From Nitrospiraceae bacterium (GTDB taxonomy: Bacteria > Nitrospirota > Nitrospiria > Nitrospirales > Nitrospiraceae): a DNA stretch of 64,000 nt. The notes under the pieces were generated by a model. It was not told where the DNA came from and searched no databases. It saw nothing but the letters and a program-made list of their open reading frames with translations. Within the stretch, counting starts at the first letter, position 1, and every line of letters starts with the position of its first letter. Of the stretch, positions 20,319 through 29,634 are shown in pieces. The position numbers and the translations under genes are program-made. The stretch covers positions 524,811 through 588,810 of the forward strand of contig JBFWWG010000002.1 in NCBI GenBank assembly GCA_050246315.1, given 5' to 3'.

Positions 20319-21449
20319 GTGGCATCTGTGAGCAAACGCGACTACTACGACGTCCTCGGGGTCGAACGCACCGCCTCCGACGACGAGATCAAAAAAGCGT
20401 TCCGGAAGCTGGCCCGCCAGCATCACCCCGACCTCCATGCAGCGGACAAGGACAAGAAACAGGCTGAAGAGAAATTCAAGGAAGCCAACGAGGCGTACGA
20501 GGTCCTGAGCGATGCGGAGAAGCGCAAGCGCTATGACATGTTCGGCCATAGCGGCGCTCAGGGCGGAGCCGGCTTCGAAGGATTCGATTTCGGACAAGGC
20601 GGTGGCTTCGGAGATATCTTCAACGACATCTTCGAAGACTTCTTCGGCGGGACGCGCGGGGGACGCCAGCGGGGAGAGCGAGGGTCCGACCTTCAATACA
20701 ATCTTGAAGTGACGTTTGAAGAGGCCATCTTCGGCAAGGAGACCAAGCTGAAGATTCCCCGCTGGGAGGTCTGCCACGACTGCAACGGCACCGGTGCCAA
20801 ATCGGCTGCCTCCATCAAGGCCTGTCCGAGTTGTCAAGGCGCCGGCCAGATTCGCCTCCAACAGGGATTCTTCAGCGTCAGCCGGACCTGCCATCATTGC
20901 GGCGGGACCGGCCACGTCATTACCGATCCTTGCAAGAGCTGCCAGGGACGCCAACGCGTCTACAAGGAACGACTGCTGGCCGTCCATATTCCTCCCGGCA
21001 TCGAAGGTGGGATGCGCCTGAGGCTGGCCAATGAGGGGGAACACGGAGTCAACGGCGGACCTCCCGGCGACCTCTTTGTCGCCGTCTCAGTCAAGCCTCA
21101 TTCGGTCTTTTCTCGCAAGGGACAGGAGATCTACTGCGACGCGCCGATCAATTTCGTCACGGCCACCCTGGGCGGACAGGTTGAGGTGCCGACCCTTCAT
21201 GGAACGGCCATGATCAAGATCACTCCCGGCACCCAGCACGAAAAGCAGTTTCGCATCAAAGGCGCCGGCGTGCCCAGTCTCAAGGGCGGGCAGCCCGGCG
21301 ATCAAGTCTGTATTGTCAAGATCCACATCCCCACGAAGCTCTCTCAGCGCCAGAAGGATCTCTTGGCCGAGTTTGCCAAGGAGAGCGGGCTCACGGCGGC
21401 GACGGAAGGGGATGGATTTTTCGATAAGGTCAAGACGCTCTTCGAGTAA
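20319..21449 (+). CDS. dnaJ: Chaperone DnaJ
   Basis: J domain with HPD, G/F region and four CxxCxGxG-type repeats. Confidence 0.98.
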   Translation: MASVSKRDYYDVLGVERTASDDEIKKAFRKLARQHHPDLHAADKDKKQAEEKFKEANEAYEVLSDAEKRKRYDMFGHSGAQGGAGFEGFDFGQGGGFGDIFNDIFEDFFGGTRGGRQRGERGSDLQYNLEVTFEEAIFGKETKLKIPRWEVCHDCNGTGAKSAASIKACPSCQGAGQIRLQQGFFSVSRTCHHCGGTGHVITDPCKSCQGRQRVYKERLLAVHIPPGIEGGMRLRLANEGEHGVNGGPPGDLFVAVSVKPHSVFSRKGQEIYCDAPINFVTATLGGQVEVPTLHGTAMIKITPGTQHEKQFRIKGAGVPSLKGGQPGDQVCIVKIHIPTKLSQRQKDLLAEFAKESGLTAATEGDGFFDKVKTLFE

Positions 21450-21496
21450 CGGGCTCGCTCCCTGGACCCTGGTTTGCCCTCCACTATCGTCTCCGC

Positions 21497-22237
21497 ATGC
21501 CGGCCTTCTTCGTCACCAGTGAACAGGTGGTCGGGACAACCGTCATCATCCGCGGCGAGCTGTTGCGCCATCTTCGTGCCAGCCTGCGGGTTCGACCAGG
21601 CGAGGAACTAAGTCTCACCGAGGATCATACCCGACGCCTCCGCGTTCAGGTCACCTCGGTCACATCGGAACAACTGACCGCAATCGTGATCGAGACCTCC
21701 CTGCGGCCTGCTGAACTGGCACCGACGGTGATCCTTGGGCAGGCCCTACTCAAACACGATCAGATGGACTGGGTCATTCAAAAGGCGACGGAGCTGGGTG
21801 TCGCCGTCATCGTGCCACTCGTCACGAGCCGAGGCGTGGTCCGGCCGAACGGCACGCGCATCCGGACACAACGAGACCGTTGGAACCGGATTGCCTTCGA
21901 AGCCGCTCAGCAGGCGGAGCGTTGGGACAGCCCGGAGGTCATGGACCCTCAAGGTTGGCACGAGTGGATCGCCGCCCTCTCCCCCGCCGCCACCCGATTG
22001 ATGCTGCACGAACGCCGCCGATCGGCTGCTCTTTCGGATATCGCGCTCTCCGACTCAGCCGACCATCCGTTCGTCTTGGCGATAGGGCCGGAAGGAGGCT
22101 GGACAGAGGAGGAGGCGACTGCCGCCGACCTGAATGGGTTTCGATTGGTGAGTCTGGGCGAACGAATCCTTCGGGCGGAAACGGCGGCCCTGGCAGGTCT
22201 AACGCTTCTTCAGGGGCGCTTGGGACAGTTTCGCTAG
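21497..22237 (+). CDS. rsmE: 16S rRNA m3U1498 methyltransferase
   Basis: QKATELGV, EAAQQ, IGPEGG, LGERILRAETA motifs. Confidence 0.95.
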   Translation: MPAFFVTSEQVVGTTVIIRGELLRHLRASLRVRPGEELSLTEDHTRRLRVQVTSVTSEQLTAIVIETSLRPAELAPTVILGQALLKHDQMDWVIQKATELGVAVIVPLVTSRGVVRPNGTRIRTQRDRWNRIAFEAAQQAERWDSPEVMDPQGWHEWIAALSPAATRLMLHERRRSAALSDIALSDSADHPFVLAIGPEGGWTEEEATAADLNGFRLVSLGERILRAETAALAGLTLLQGRLGQFR

Positions 22238-22269
22238 CGCAGGCGTGGCGCTTCACGCCGGCATCGCCT

Positions 22270-23232
22270 TTAGGGGATCAGAGATAAAATGGTCCCATTC
22301 TCCCCGACCGCCCAGCCTCGCGGCGAACTCCCGACAAAAGACAACCCGAACAGCGAATGCTTGGCAATCGGTTGGTGAGGCAACCAGGTGATTCCTGCAT
22401 CGACGGTCGAATATAACGCCCCCCCCTCCCCCACCGTCCATCCGGTTTTCGAATCTGTGAAGCGGATTTTCAGGAAATCCGTCACGCGCTTGCATCCCCC
22501 GACACAGGAAATCGAGCGATCCACCCACTGCCGCCCACCGTCACTCGTTTGCAACATGATCCCCGCGTTTCCCACAACCCAGCCGTTGACCTCGTCCAGG
22601 AACGCCACATCAAAAAACGTTCCCGCGCTATGACTGGATTGCGCCTCCCAAGTCACGCCGCCGTCATGACTGACGAGAATCGTCCCGAGGGCTCCGACCG
22701 CCAGCCCATGCTGTTCGTTCAGGAAGGTGACGGCGTAGAGATTGGCGGTCGTCTCGGTGGATTGCTCGACCCAATGTCGGCCCCCATCTTCAGTATGGAG
22801 GATGACGCCACGATCACCCACGACCCAGCCTCGCTGGCCGCCGAGAAAGGTCACGGCATAGAGGGTCGCTTGGGTGCCGGTCGGCTGAGGAGTCCAGGTC
22901 TCTCCTCCATCGGTTGTGGCCAGGATCGTCCCGTTGGCCCCCGTCACCCATCCGCGACGATCGTCCGCAAAGAAGATTCCGGCCAGTAGCGTCCGCACTC
23001 CGCTGGTGAGCGTTCTCCATTTTTTTCCACCGTCGGTCGTCTTCAGAATGGTCCCACCGGCTCCGACGGCCCAGCCCAGTTGAGGGGATCGAGCCTGCAC
23101 CCCCATCAGGGTGTTCGTGGTCCCGCTCTTCTGCGGGGTCACGCGCACCCGTTCGGCGCCTTCGGCTGAATGAGAGAATGAACCCAGCGAATAGAGGAGG
23201 AGGATGGCCCAGACCCAGCCCATTACCGGCAT
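22270..23232 (-). CDS. Secreted YCF48-like beta-propeller protein
   Basis: Signal peptide; repeated GW.VG..G.IL.T.DGG..W blades. Confidence 0.88.
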   Translation of the reverse strand: MPVMGWVWAILLLYSLGSFSHSAEGAERVRVTPQKSGTTNTLMGVQARSPQLGWAVGAGGTILKTTDGGKKWRTLTSGVRTLLAGIFFADDRRGWVTGANGTILATTDGGETWTPQPTGTQATLYAVTFLGGQRGWVVGDRGVILHTEDGGRHWVEQSTETTANLYAVTFLNEQHGLAVGALGTILVSHDGGVTWEAQSSHSAGTFFDVAFLDEVNGWVVGNAGIMLQTSDGGRQWVDRSISCVGGCKRVTDFLKIRFTDSKTGWTVGEGGALYSTVDAGITWLPHQPIAKHSLFGLSFVGSSPRGWAVGENGTILSLIP

Positions 23233-23302
23233 GGCGCTCGATCAGGACTGAAGCCCGGCATACGGTATCGCGGATCGGCTGACATACGAGAGACGATCAC
23301 CT

Positions 23303-25063
23303 TCACTCCTTGATTCCGAGGGGGGCCATACCATGTTCCTCGAACATGCCCTGTTCCGGAAGCCCACGGTGTTCGACGGTGAACTCTCCGACCGGAACGG
23401 TGACGTACTGCTTCGGTTGGCAGCAAGATCCGTCCGGCAAGACGTCCCATGACCCTCGGCGCACCATCAATGTGCCCTTAGAAAGGTCGGGGTTAAACTC
23501 TCCCGGCTTTCCGACACCGAACACATGCCGCCGCGGGACCACAATTTTGATTTCGTTGTCGGACCATGACAGGATGTGCAGGGCCACCCCGTTCAGCAGC
23601 ACTTCCGTCCGGGAGATATCTTCGCCGACCTGAAACCGATCCCCCACGTAGGCTTGACTGCTTAGACCAAGCTGGATGGCCTCCCGCATGATGAGAAAAT
23701 CCCCGAAGCCGGTCCCCTTGATCGTGACAACTTCATCGAGTCCGGCTGAATGAGGTTCATAGGACGTCACCTGAGGGGTCACGACGGTGAAATGCCCGGC
23801 CTCGGTCGTGAGCACGGTTCGCTCGGCGCAGCAACTGCCATCGGGATTGGGTTTGACCGCTCCACGCTTCACTACGACGGGCCCGTCTTTCGCGCTGAAC
23901 GGCACCCAGACGTCTATTCTATCCTGATGCCATCGATAGACGACGGCCGGCACCCCGCCGATCTCAACCGCATTGTCTCCCGGTTCGAAATCGGCAAACG
24001 CATAGGGAGTCTCCCCGCTCTCCGAGTAATAGCCGAAATTCTCGCCGGTGATCCGAAGCAGCGTGCCGATGGGTCCCTTCTCAGGTTTGATCTTGGTCAC
24101 CTTCGGCACGGTCACGGTGAACTGTGCCAATGTGCGGGCAGTCCCGCCCGTCTTGAGGACCACCGGGCCCGATTCTGCGCCGAGCGGCACGTGGGCCACG
24201 ATGACCGAGTCCTTCCATTGGGCCACAACCGCGGGATGCTCGTTGAACAACACGGCGTCGCCTGCGCCCTTGCCGTTGCCGAACCCCAACCCGAACAACA
24301 CCACCTTCGTCCCAATCGGACCGGCCAAGGGATCGACACGAACCGCCGGCATCAACGCAATGCGAACGCTGTTGCTGAGTACATGTTGTACGGTCGCGCA
24401 ACAGGACCCGTCAGGAAGCGGATCCGACGAAGCCAGCCGGATATGAATGTCTCCATTGGCCGCATTCGCGGGAACTTCAACTTCAATCTTATCGTCCCGC
24501 CAACGGCGCGACCGGACGACTACGCCTCCGATCACCACATCATTAACGCCGAACATGGAATTGGGGTCGCGCGGTCCCGCCGTGGGTCCGAAATGTTCTC
24601 CCAGTAACTGCACGACTTCGCCCGGCTCCGCCTTCGCAGGAACAACTTCTCGGATGATCGGGCGCTGGACGGCAAAGGACCCGGCCGCGATCTTGTGTTT
24701 ACCCTTTTGGATCTCAACCGCTCCGTCCTTCGCTTCGTACGGCACCCTGACTTCAATCAAGCTGGGGTCCCACCGTTGAATCAGAGCCGGTATGCCGCCG
24801 AAAAGGACGCGGTTCACCCCCGTCGATTGAAAAGTCCCGAACCCGCCTCCGACGATAGACACCGTCGCACCGGGAGCGGCGCTGGATGGCTGAAGCTGCA
24901 CGGCCGGCTTTTGCTGCTTGGGGGCTTTTTTCGACGTTGCTGCGAACGCTTCTCCAGCGAGACCGGCCACGCCCGTAAGGACGAGAATCGACCCAACCAC
25001 CGCGCTGATCGTCAAGATCCCGCGAGAGGTCGCTGGAACGCTTGAACAACGATGGTTCGACAT
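23303..25063 (-). CDS. Secreted multi-IPT/TIG-domain protein with three PDGSCC motifs
   Basis: Signal peptide; five P..G..G..v.i.G..FG ... W.d..I.v.VP repeats. Confidence 0.85.
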   Translation of the reverse strand: MSNHRCSSVPATSRGILTISAVVGSILVLTGVAGLAGEAFAATSKKAPKQQKPAVQLQPSSAAPGATVSIVGGGFGTFQSTGVNRVLFGGIPALIQRWDPSLIEVRVPYEAKDGAVEIQKGKHKIAAGSFAVQRPIIREVVPAKAEPGEVVQLLGEHFGPTAGPRDPNSMFGVNDVVIGGVVVRSRRWRDDKIEVEVPANAANGDIHIRLASSDPLPDGSCCATVQHVLSNSVRIALMPAVRVDPLAGPIGTKVVLFGLGFGNGKGAGDAVLFNEHPAVVAQWKDSVIVAHVPLGAESGPVVLKTGGTARTLAQFTVTVPKVTKIKPEKGPIGTLLRITGENFGYYSESGETPYAFADFEPGDNAVEIGGVPAVVYRWHQDRIDVWVPFSAKDGPVVVKRGAVKPNPDGSCCAERTVLTTEAGHFTVVTPQVTSYEPHSAGLDEVVTIKGTGFGDFLIMREAIQLGLSSQAYVGDRFQVGEDISRTEVLLNGVALHILSWSDNEIKIVVPRRHVFGVGKPGEFNPDLSKGTLMVRRGSWDVLPDGSCCQPKQYVTVPVGEFTVEHRGLPEQGMFEEHGMAPLGIKE

Positions 25064-25178
25064 GGTGTGAGCTTCTGCTGCGTGGAAGATGTTGGAGTCC
25101 TGCGCATACCGCTAACTCCCCACGCAACAGAGATCGCTGTTCGAGATGGAGTTATCGCGAGGCGATGGATGATATCGG

Positions 25179-25208
25179 ACTATAACAAGGCATTTTTTTG
25201 AGTGTCAA
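25179..25208 (-). promoter_or_regulatory. sigma70 promoter of the IPT-YCF48 operon
   Basis: TTGACA-18 nt-TATAGT with an extended TGn element on the minus strand. Confidence 0.65.
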
Positions 25209-25232
25209 GGCAGCCGGAAGAAGACGAGTTGT

Positions 25233-25700
25233 CTACGTATCTGGCACGGTTTCGACGATCAGATCGAGCTCAACCGGAGCATTCAAGGGTAATTCGGCCG
25301 CGCCGACCGCTACCCGTGCGTGGCGCCCCTGATCTCCAAGCAGGGCCACGAGCAGGTCTGAGGCCCCGTTAACGACAGCCGGCTGTTGGACGAATCCCTC
25401 GGCGGAGGCGACATGACCGGTCAGGCGCACGACCTGAGCGATTCGGTCCAAATTGCCGAGCTCGCTTTTGACAATCGCCAAGGCATTGAGCATCGCCAGT
25501 CGAGCCGCGTCCACCCCTTGCTCAATCGTCACGTCGCGTCCCAGCTTGCCCGTCGAGGACAGTCGGCCGTTGTGCATCGGCAACACCCCGCTCAAGAACA
25601 ACAGTCGCCCCGTCCTGACCGCTGGCACATAATTGGCCACCGGTATGGGTGCGGCAGGGAGTTCCATGCCTAACTCTTTGAGACGTTGCTCCCAGGACAT
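25233..25700 (-). CDS. RidA/YjgF family protein
   Basis: MSWEQRLKELG..PVANYVP..SGVLP..NGASDLL..GRHARVAVG; start trimmed. Confidence 0.9.
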   Translation of the reverse strand: MSWEQRLKELGMELPAAPIPVANYVPAVRTGRLLFLSGVLPMHNGRLSSTGKLGRDVTIEQGVDAARLAMLNALAIVKSELGNLDRIAQVVRLTGHVASAEGFVQQPAVVNGASDLLVALLGDQGRHARVAVGAAELPLNAPVELDLIVETVPDT

Positions 25701-25747
25701 CGCTCTATCCTCCCACTTCTCGCGGCTGTTCAACGGCCGCTGCACTC

Positions 25748-26923
25748 TCAACCGCCCCTCAATGCGGCCAAATAGCTCTCGCCTGTCGGCAGGCGCGATG
25801 CACCGAACGCCTCTGCAATCGTTTGTCCCAAATCCGCGAAGGTTCGGAGCGTACCCAGATTCACGCCCTTGGCGATACGGGGGCCGAACAGCAGCACTGG
25901 CCTCGGATCGCTGCCCGCTTCTCCGCTTCCCAGCACATCCCGCGCATAGTCGGCGGTCATGCACACCAGATCACCTGGCTTGAGCTTGGCCTGAAATTCC
26001 AACAGAGCGGTATCGAGCCTCCCCAACGCCTGAACCCAGTTGAAGGCGAAGGAGGCGGCGCCTCCCCACTCCACGTCGTCGAACAGCCCGGCGACGATCA
26101 ACCCTCTCGGGGTGGTGGTCAGCGTCTTCATCAACTCGCTCCAGGCCGCTGTCGTGCTCCGGACCGGAACTGTTCTGGTGAAGCCGTTGCCGTTGAAGAG
26201 ATCCCCGACCTTTCCGATCCCCGTCACCAGTTGCTCCACGCTCACCAGCGCTTCAAACACAGTTTGCCCAGGAGCCGCCTTGCAGCTCTCCCGCATCTGA
26301 TCCAGCCACCGGAAGGCCCCGGGCGGTCCTCCGATCGGTCGTGCCACTACACGGGCGATCGGACAAAGGGCTTGCACAGCTTTCCGGACATCGCGACACA
26401 CGCGGAACAAGTCCGGCGGAGAGCACACACTGTCATGTGCCGCGACATGACAGGTCGCGCCCTGATCACCCCAAATGAGTAGTTGCTTGCGTGTCAGCGC
26501 TTCGGCGACCGTTTGGCCCAGAAGGGTGTGGAAGTCGGGACAGGTGATCGGCTGCACCGACAACCTGGCGGCCCGCTCCACCGCCTCCCTGAGCGAAGCC
26601 GGAAGCGCGTCCCGATAGGAGGGGAACGGTTCAGCCGGCACCACCCCGGAGAGTTCCCAGAGGCTCGTCAGCGGATCGGCCCCGGACACGGACGAGACCA
26701 TCCGTCCGAAACAACCCTCCGGCTGGTCCACACGCCGCAGACGGGAAGGACTCACCACATGGCCCAGTCCCAAGGCCTCCAGCGTCGGAAGGGAGAGATC
26801 GGGAACAGCTCCGAGCACCGCTGCGAGCCCCCTCCGATGCTGTTCCAGCTTTTTTTGCTCGGACTCGGAAGAAGGGCCGGTCCCCAGACCGTTCACGAGA
26901 AGCAAAATGATCCGCTGAATCAC
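25748..26923 (-). CDS. deoB: Phosphopentomutase homologue with degenerate catalytic and metal-binding residues
   Basis: LPTLEALGLG, RVVARP, GIGKVGDLF, TFADLGQTIAE motifs and position after deoC; see finding for lost residues. Confidence 0.8.
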   Translation of the reverse strand: MIQRIILLLVNGLGTGPSSESEQKKLEQHRRGLAAVLGAVPDLSLPTLEALGLGHVVSPSRLRRVDQPEGCFGRMVSSVSGADPLTSLWELSGVVPAEPFPSYRDALPASLREAVERAARLSVQPITCPDFHTLLGQTVAEALTRKQLLIWGDQGATCHVAAHDSVCSPPDLFRVCRDVRKAVQALCPIARVVARPIGGPPGAFRWLDQMRESCKAAPGQTVFEALVSVEQLVTGIGKVGDLFNGNGFTRTVPVRSTTAAWSELMKTLTTTPRGLIVAGLFDDVEWGGAASFAFNWVQALGRLDTALLEFQAKLKPGDLVCMTADYARDVLGSGEAGSDPRPVLLFGPRIAKGVNLGTLRTFADLGQTIAEAFGASRLPTGESYLAALRGG

Positions 26924-26974
26924 GCGCGCACTATAGCAGAAGCAACGGGGACCGAAAAGACCGCGGGGCGATCA

Positions 26975-27670
26975 TCATCCAGCCACTCGCCCCGTGACCG
27001 GCCGCCGCTCGGCAACCTCGGCAAGAATCTTGACGCCCGCGCTGGTCCCGATTCGATCGGCGCCCGCATCGAGCAGAGCCAGGGCCGTCACGAGATCTCG
27101 AATTCCACCCGACGCTTTGATCTTGGCCCGGCCGGCCACAGCGTCCTTCATCAACCGGACATCCTCTACCGTCGCGCCACCAGCCGCAAAGCCGGTGGAG
27201 GTCTTCACATAGTCCATGCCGGCCTCCACCGCAAGTCGGCAAGCTGTTCGTTTCTCCTCTTGAGTCAGCAGGCAGGTCTCAAGGATGACTTTATGTTCCA
27301 CACCAGGGGTCGCACGGACGACCTCAGCCATGTCCCGCCGAACGTAATCGAGATCGCCGGACTTGAGCCGGCTCACGTTCAAGACCATGTCCAGCACGGT
27401 CGCGCCCATCTCCACCCCCTCGCAGGCTTCTGCCACCTTGGCACGGAAGGTCTGACCGCCGAGCGGAAAGCCGACCGGCATCCCGACGCGAATGTTCGCA
27501 CCGTTCACTGCCGCCACGGCCGCTTCAACTTGGCAGGGCGGCACAAAAATGACCGTGAACCCAAGGCTCTTCGCCTCCTCGCAGAGCCGAAGCACATCGC
27601 CTCGTGTGGCCTCCGGGCGAAGAATCGTATGGTCGATCAATCCGGCTACCCGATCCATTCGAACCATCAT
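26975..27670 (-). CDS. deoC: Deoxyribose-phosphate aldolase
   Basis: IDHT, GFPLG, KVILE, VKTSTGF, IKASGGIR, RIGTS motifs; AAGGAG RBS before ATG 27670. Confidence 0.96.
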   Translation of the reverse strand: MMVRMDRVAGLIDHTILRPEATRGDVLRLCEEAKSLGFTVIFVPPCQVEAAVAAVNGANIRVGMPVGFPLGGQTFRAKVAEACEGVEMGATVLDMVLNVSRLKSGDLDYVRRDMAEVVRATPGVEHKVILETCLLTQEEKRTACRLAVEAGMDYVKTSTGFAAGGATVEDVRLMKDAVAGRAKIKASGGIRDLVTALALLDAGADRIGTSAGVKILAEVAERRPVTGRVAG

Positions 27671-27713
27671 CCGCCATCTCCTTGAGCGGCTTCCAGGACG
27701 ACCGCTCGATCGG

Positions 27714-28024
27714 CCAGCCCGCATCATTCACGAGGGTTCGTCACGAAACCGACAAGACGCCAAGCGAGACAGGCACCACGTAGAGCCACAAGAAGTTGAT
27801 GCGTACTTGAAACAGTATGTTGAGACCTTGAGGGGCGAGCCTGCCCGCCATACCACACTTCGTGTGAGCCGGCGGCTCGTCGGGCGAAGCCCGTCCTCAT
27901 TGTCATCGCCGGAGAAACACCTTCGGCTGTCATGGCTTATCGCAGCCGGGGCACCCGTTGCTCCTTGGCGGCAACGGGTCGCACGGCGGTTGCAGTAGAA
28001 GCCATCGTGAATAATGCTGGCCAG
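27714..28024. mobile_element. MITE-like element, family A, complete copy (about 303 bp plus 4-bp flanking repeats)
   Basis: CCAG|CCCGCATCATTCACGA ... TCGTGAATAATGCTGG|CCAG: 16-bp terminal inverted repeats (14/16 match), flanking CCAG direct repeat, no transposase. Confidence 0.8.
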
Positions 28025-28044
28025 GGGTGTGCACCGTATCGACT

Positions 28045-29079
28045 CTATAACCGAGTCCCGGTCAGCCGCCGAAACGGTCGTTTCTGAAATTTCTCCACCG
28101 CATGGTTATGTTCCTCCAGCGTCGAGGAGAAATAATGGGTACCGTCGTTCCGCGACACAAAGTACAGGTAGGCCGCGTTGGCGGGATACAAGGCTGCGCG
28201 AATCGAGTGGGCCCCAGGGCTGGCGATGGGACCAGGCGGAAGTCCGCGCACCCGATAGGTATTGTAAGGACTGTGATTGGACAGGTCTCGCTTGCGCAGG
28301 TTTCCATCGAAATGCTCCAGTCCGTAAATGACCGTCGGATCGCTTTGCAAGGGAATCTTCCGCCTCAATCGATTGTGAAAAACCGCCGAGATCAACTCGC
28401 GCTCGGCTCCCACGCTGGTTTCCTTTTCGATCACGGACGCGAGCGTCAGGACTTGGTGCGTCGTCATCCGCATGTCGGTGGCCCGTATCCGCCAGGCCGG
28501 AGTGAAGACCTGCCACAGTTTCGAGACCATGAGGTGAATCAAATCCTTGGCTTTGGTTCCCTTGGCAACATGATACGTATCCGGGAAGAGGTATCCCTCC
28601 AGACTGACGGCATTGATCTCCAGCGACCGGATGAAATCGCGGTCCATACAGAGGCGCCGAAACTCCCGCGCGTCAACCAGATTATCGATGTCCAACATCT
28701 CCGCGATCTGGGCAACCGAATACCCTTCCGGGATTGTAATCGGATGCAAGACCACCTGGCCGGCGACCAATTTGTCGAGGATCTCCTGCGGGGTCATCCC
28801 CTGATGCAATTCATACTCGCCGGAAATGATTCGCCGATCGGCTGAGTTGGAGCGCCCCAGCAGCACAAAACGGGAGCGGCTCTTGATGAGCCGTTCCTGT
28901 TCGAGCTGGACCGCGACCTGCTGGAAGGTCGCCCCATCAGGAATCATCACAAGCTTCGGTTGGGCTCGGCTGGGATCACCCGAGACCGGAGAGTCGGCCC
29001 ATCGGATCATCTGATAGCCGATGACACCCGTCACCAGGAAGGCAACGAGAAGGACCAGCAGCATCAGTCGTCCGTACAT
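28045..29079 (-). CDS. mltG: Endolytic transglycosylase MltG
   Basis: LEGYLFPDTY, LASVIEKE, LQSDPT, SPYNTY, GLPPGPI motifs. Confidence 0.96.
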   Translation of the reverse strand: MYGRLMLLVLLVAFLVTGVIGYQMIRWADSPVSGDPSRAQPKLVMIPDGATFQQVAVQLEQERLIKSRSRFVLLGRSNSADRRIISGEYELHQGMTPQEILDKLVAGQVVLHPITIPEGYSVAQIAEMLDIDNLVDAREFRRLCMDRDFIRSLEINAVSLEGYLFPDTYHVAKGTKAKDLIHLMVSKLWQVFTPAWRIRATDMRMTTHQVLTLASVIEKETSVGAERELISAVFHNRLRRKIPLQSDPTVIYGLEHFDGNLRKRDLSNHSPYNTYRVRGLPPGPIASPGAHSIRAALYPANAAYLYFVSRNDGTHYFSSTLEEHNHAVEKFQKRPFRRLTGTRL

Positions 29080-29097
29080 CGTCGAGATCGGTTTGCC

Positions 29098-29634
29098 TTA
29101 TCCCGCCGGCGCTCCCCCACCCCACGAATCTTCAGGATCCGTCGGCCAGTCATCGGCCAATGCCATACCCGACGCATCGGGGGAATCCGAGTGGGAAGTC
29201 GCGGATGTGTGGCTGGCAAGGTAGCTTTGCAGCAGGATTGCCGCCGCAACGCGATCCACCACCTGCTTGCGTTTGGCGCGGCTCAGATCGGCTTCGATCA
29301 GCAACGCTTCGGCGCTCTGGGTGGTATGGCGTTCATCCCAGGTCACGATCGGGACCGAAAGCAGCGGCTGCAGACGGCGACGGAAATCCTCGACCGCCGC
29401 GGCCTCCGGGCCAACCTCCCCGGTGGTACGGATTGGCAAACCGAGCACGACCCCTCCCGCCTCATGGTCGCGCACGAGGGCTGTAATATGGGCCAGATCG
29501 GCCTCAAGTGTTCTCCGCCGATAGGTTTCCAACGGTTGCGCCGTCCAACCCAGCTCATCGCTGAGCGCCACTCCGATCCGCTTCGTCCCGTAGTCCAACC
29601 CGAGAATCCGCTTGCTCTTCAGCTTACTGTCCAA
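29098..29634 (-). CDS. ruvX: RuvX/YqgF pre-16S rRNA nuclease
   Basis: LGLDYGTKRIGVA, WDER, VDRVAAAILL motifs. Confidence 0.94.
   Translation of the reverse strand: MDSKLKSKRILGLDYGTKRIGVALSDELGWTAQPLETYRRRTLEADLAHITALVRDHEAGGVVLGLPIRTTGEVGPEAAAVEDFRRRLQPLLSVPIVTWDERHTTQSAEALLIEADLSRAKRKQVVDRVAAAILLQSYLASHTSATSHSDSPDASGMALADDWPTDPEDSWGGGAPAG

Noticed and set aside
17993..21044. Long antisense ORFs opposite grpE/dnaK/dnaJ (likewise opposite alaS, recA and the RND genes)
   Set aside because: Expected shadows of GC-biased codon usage; no RBS or recognisable domains.
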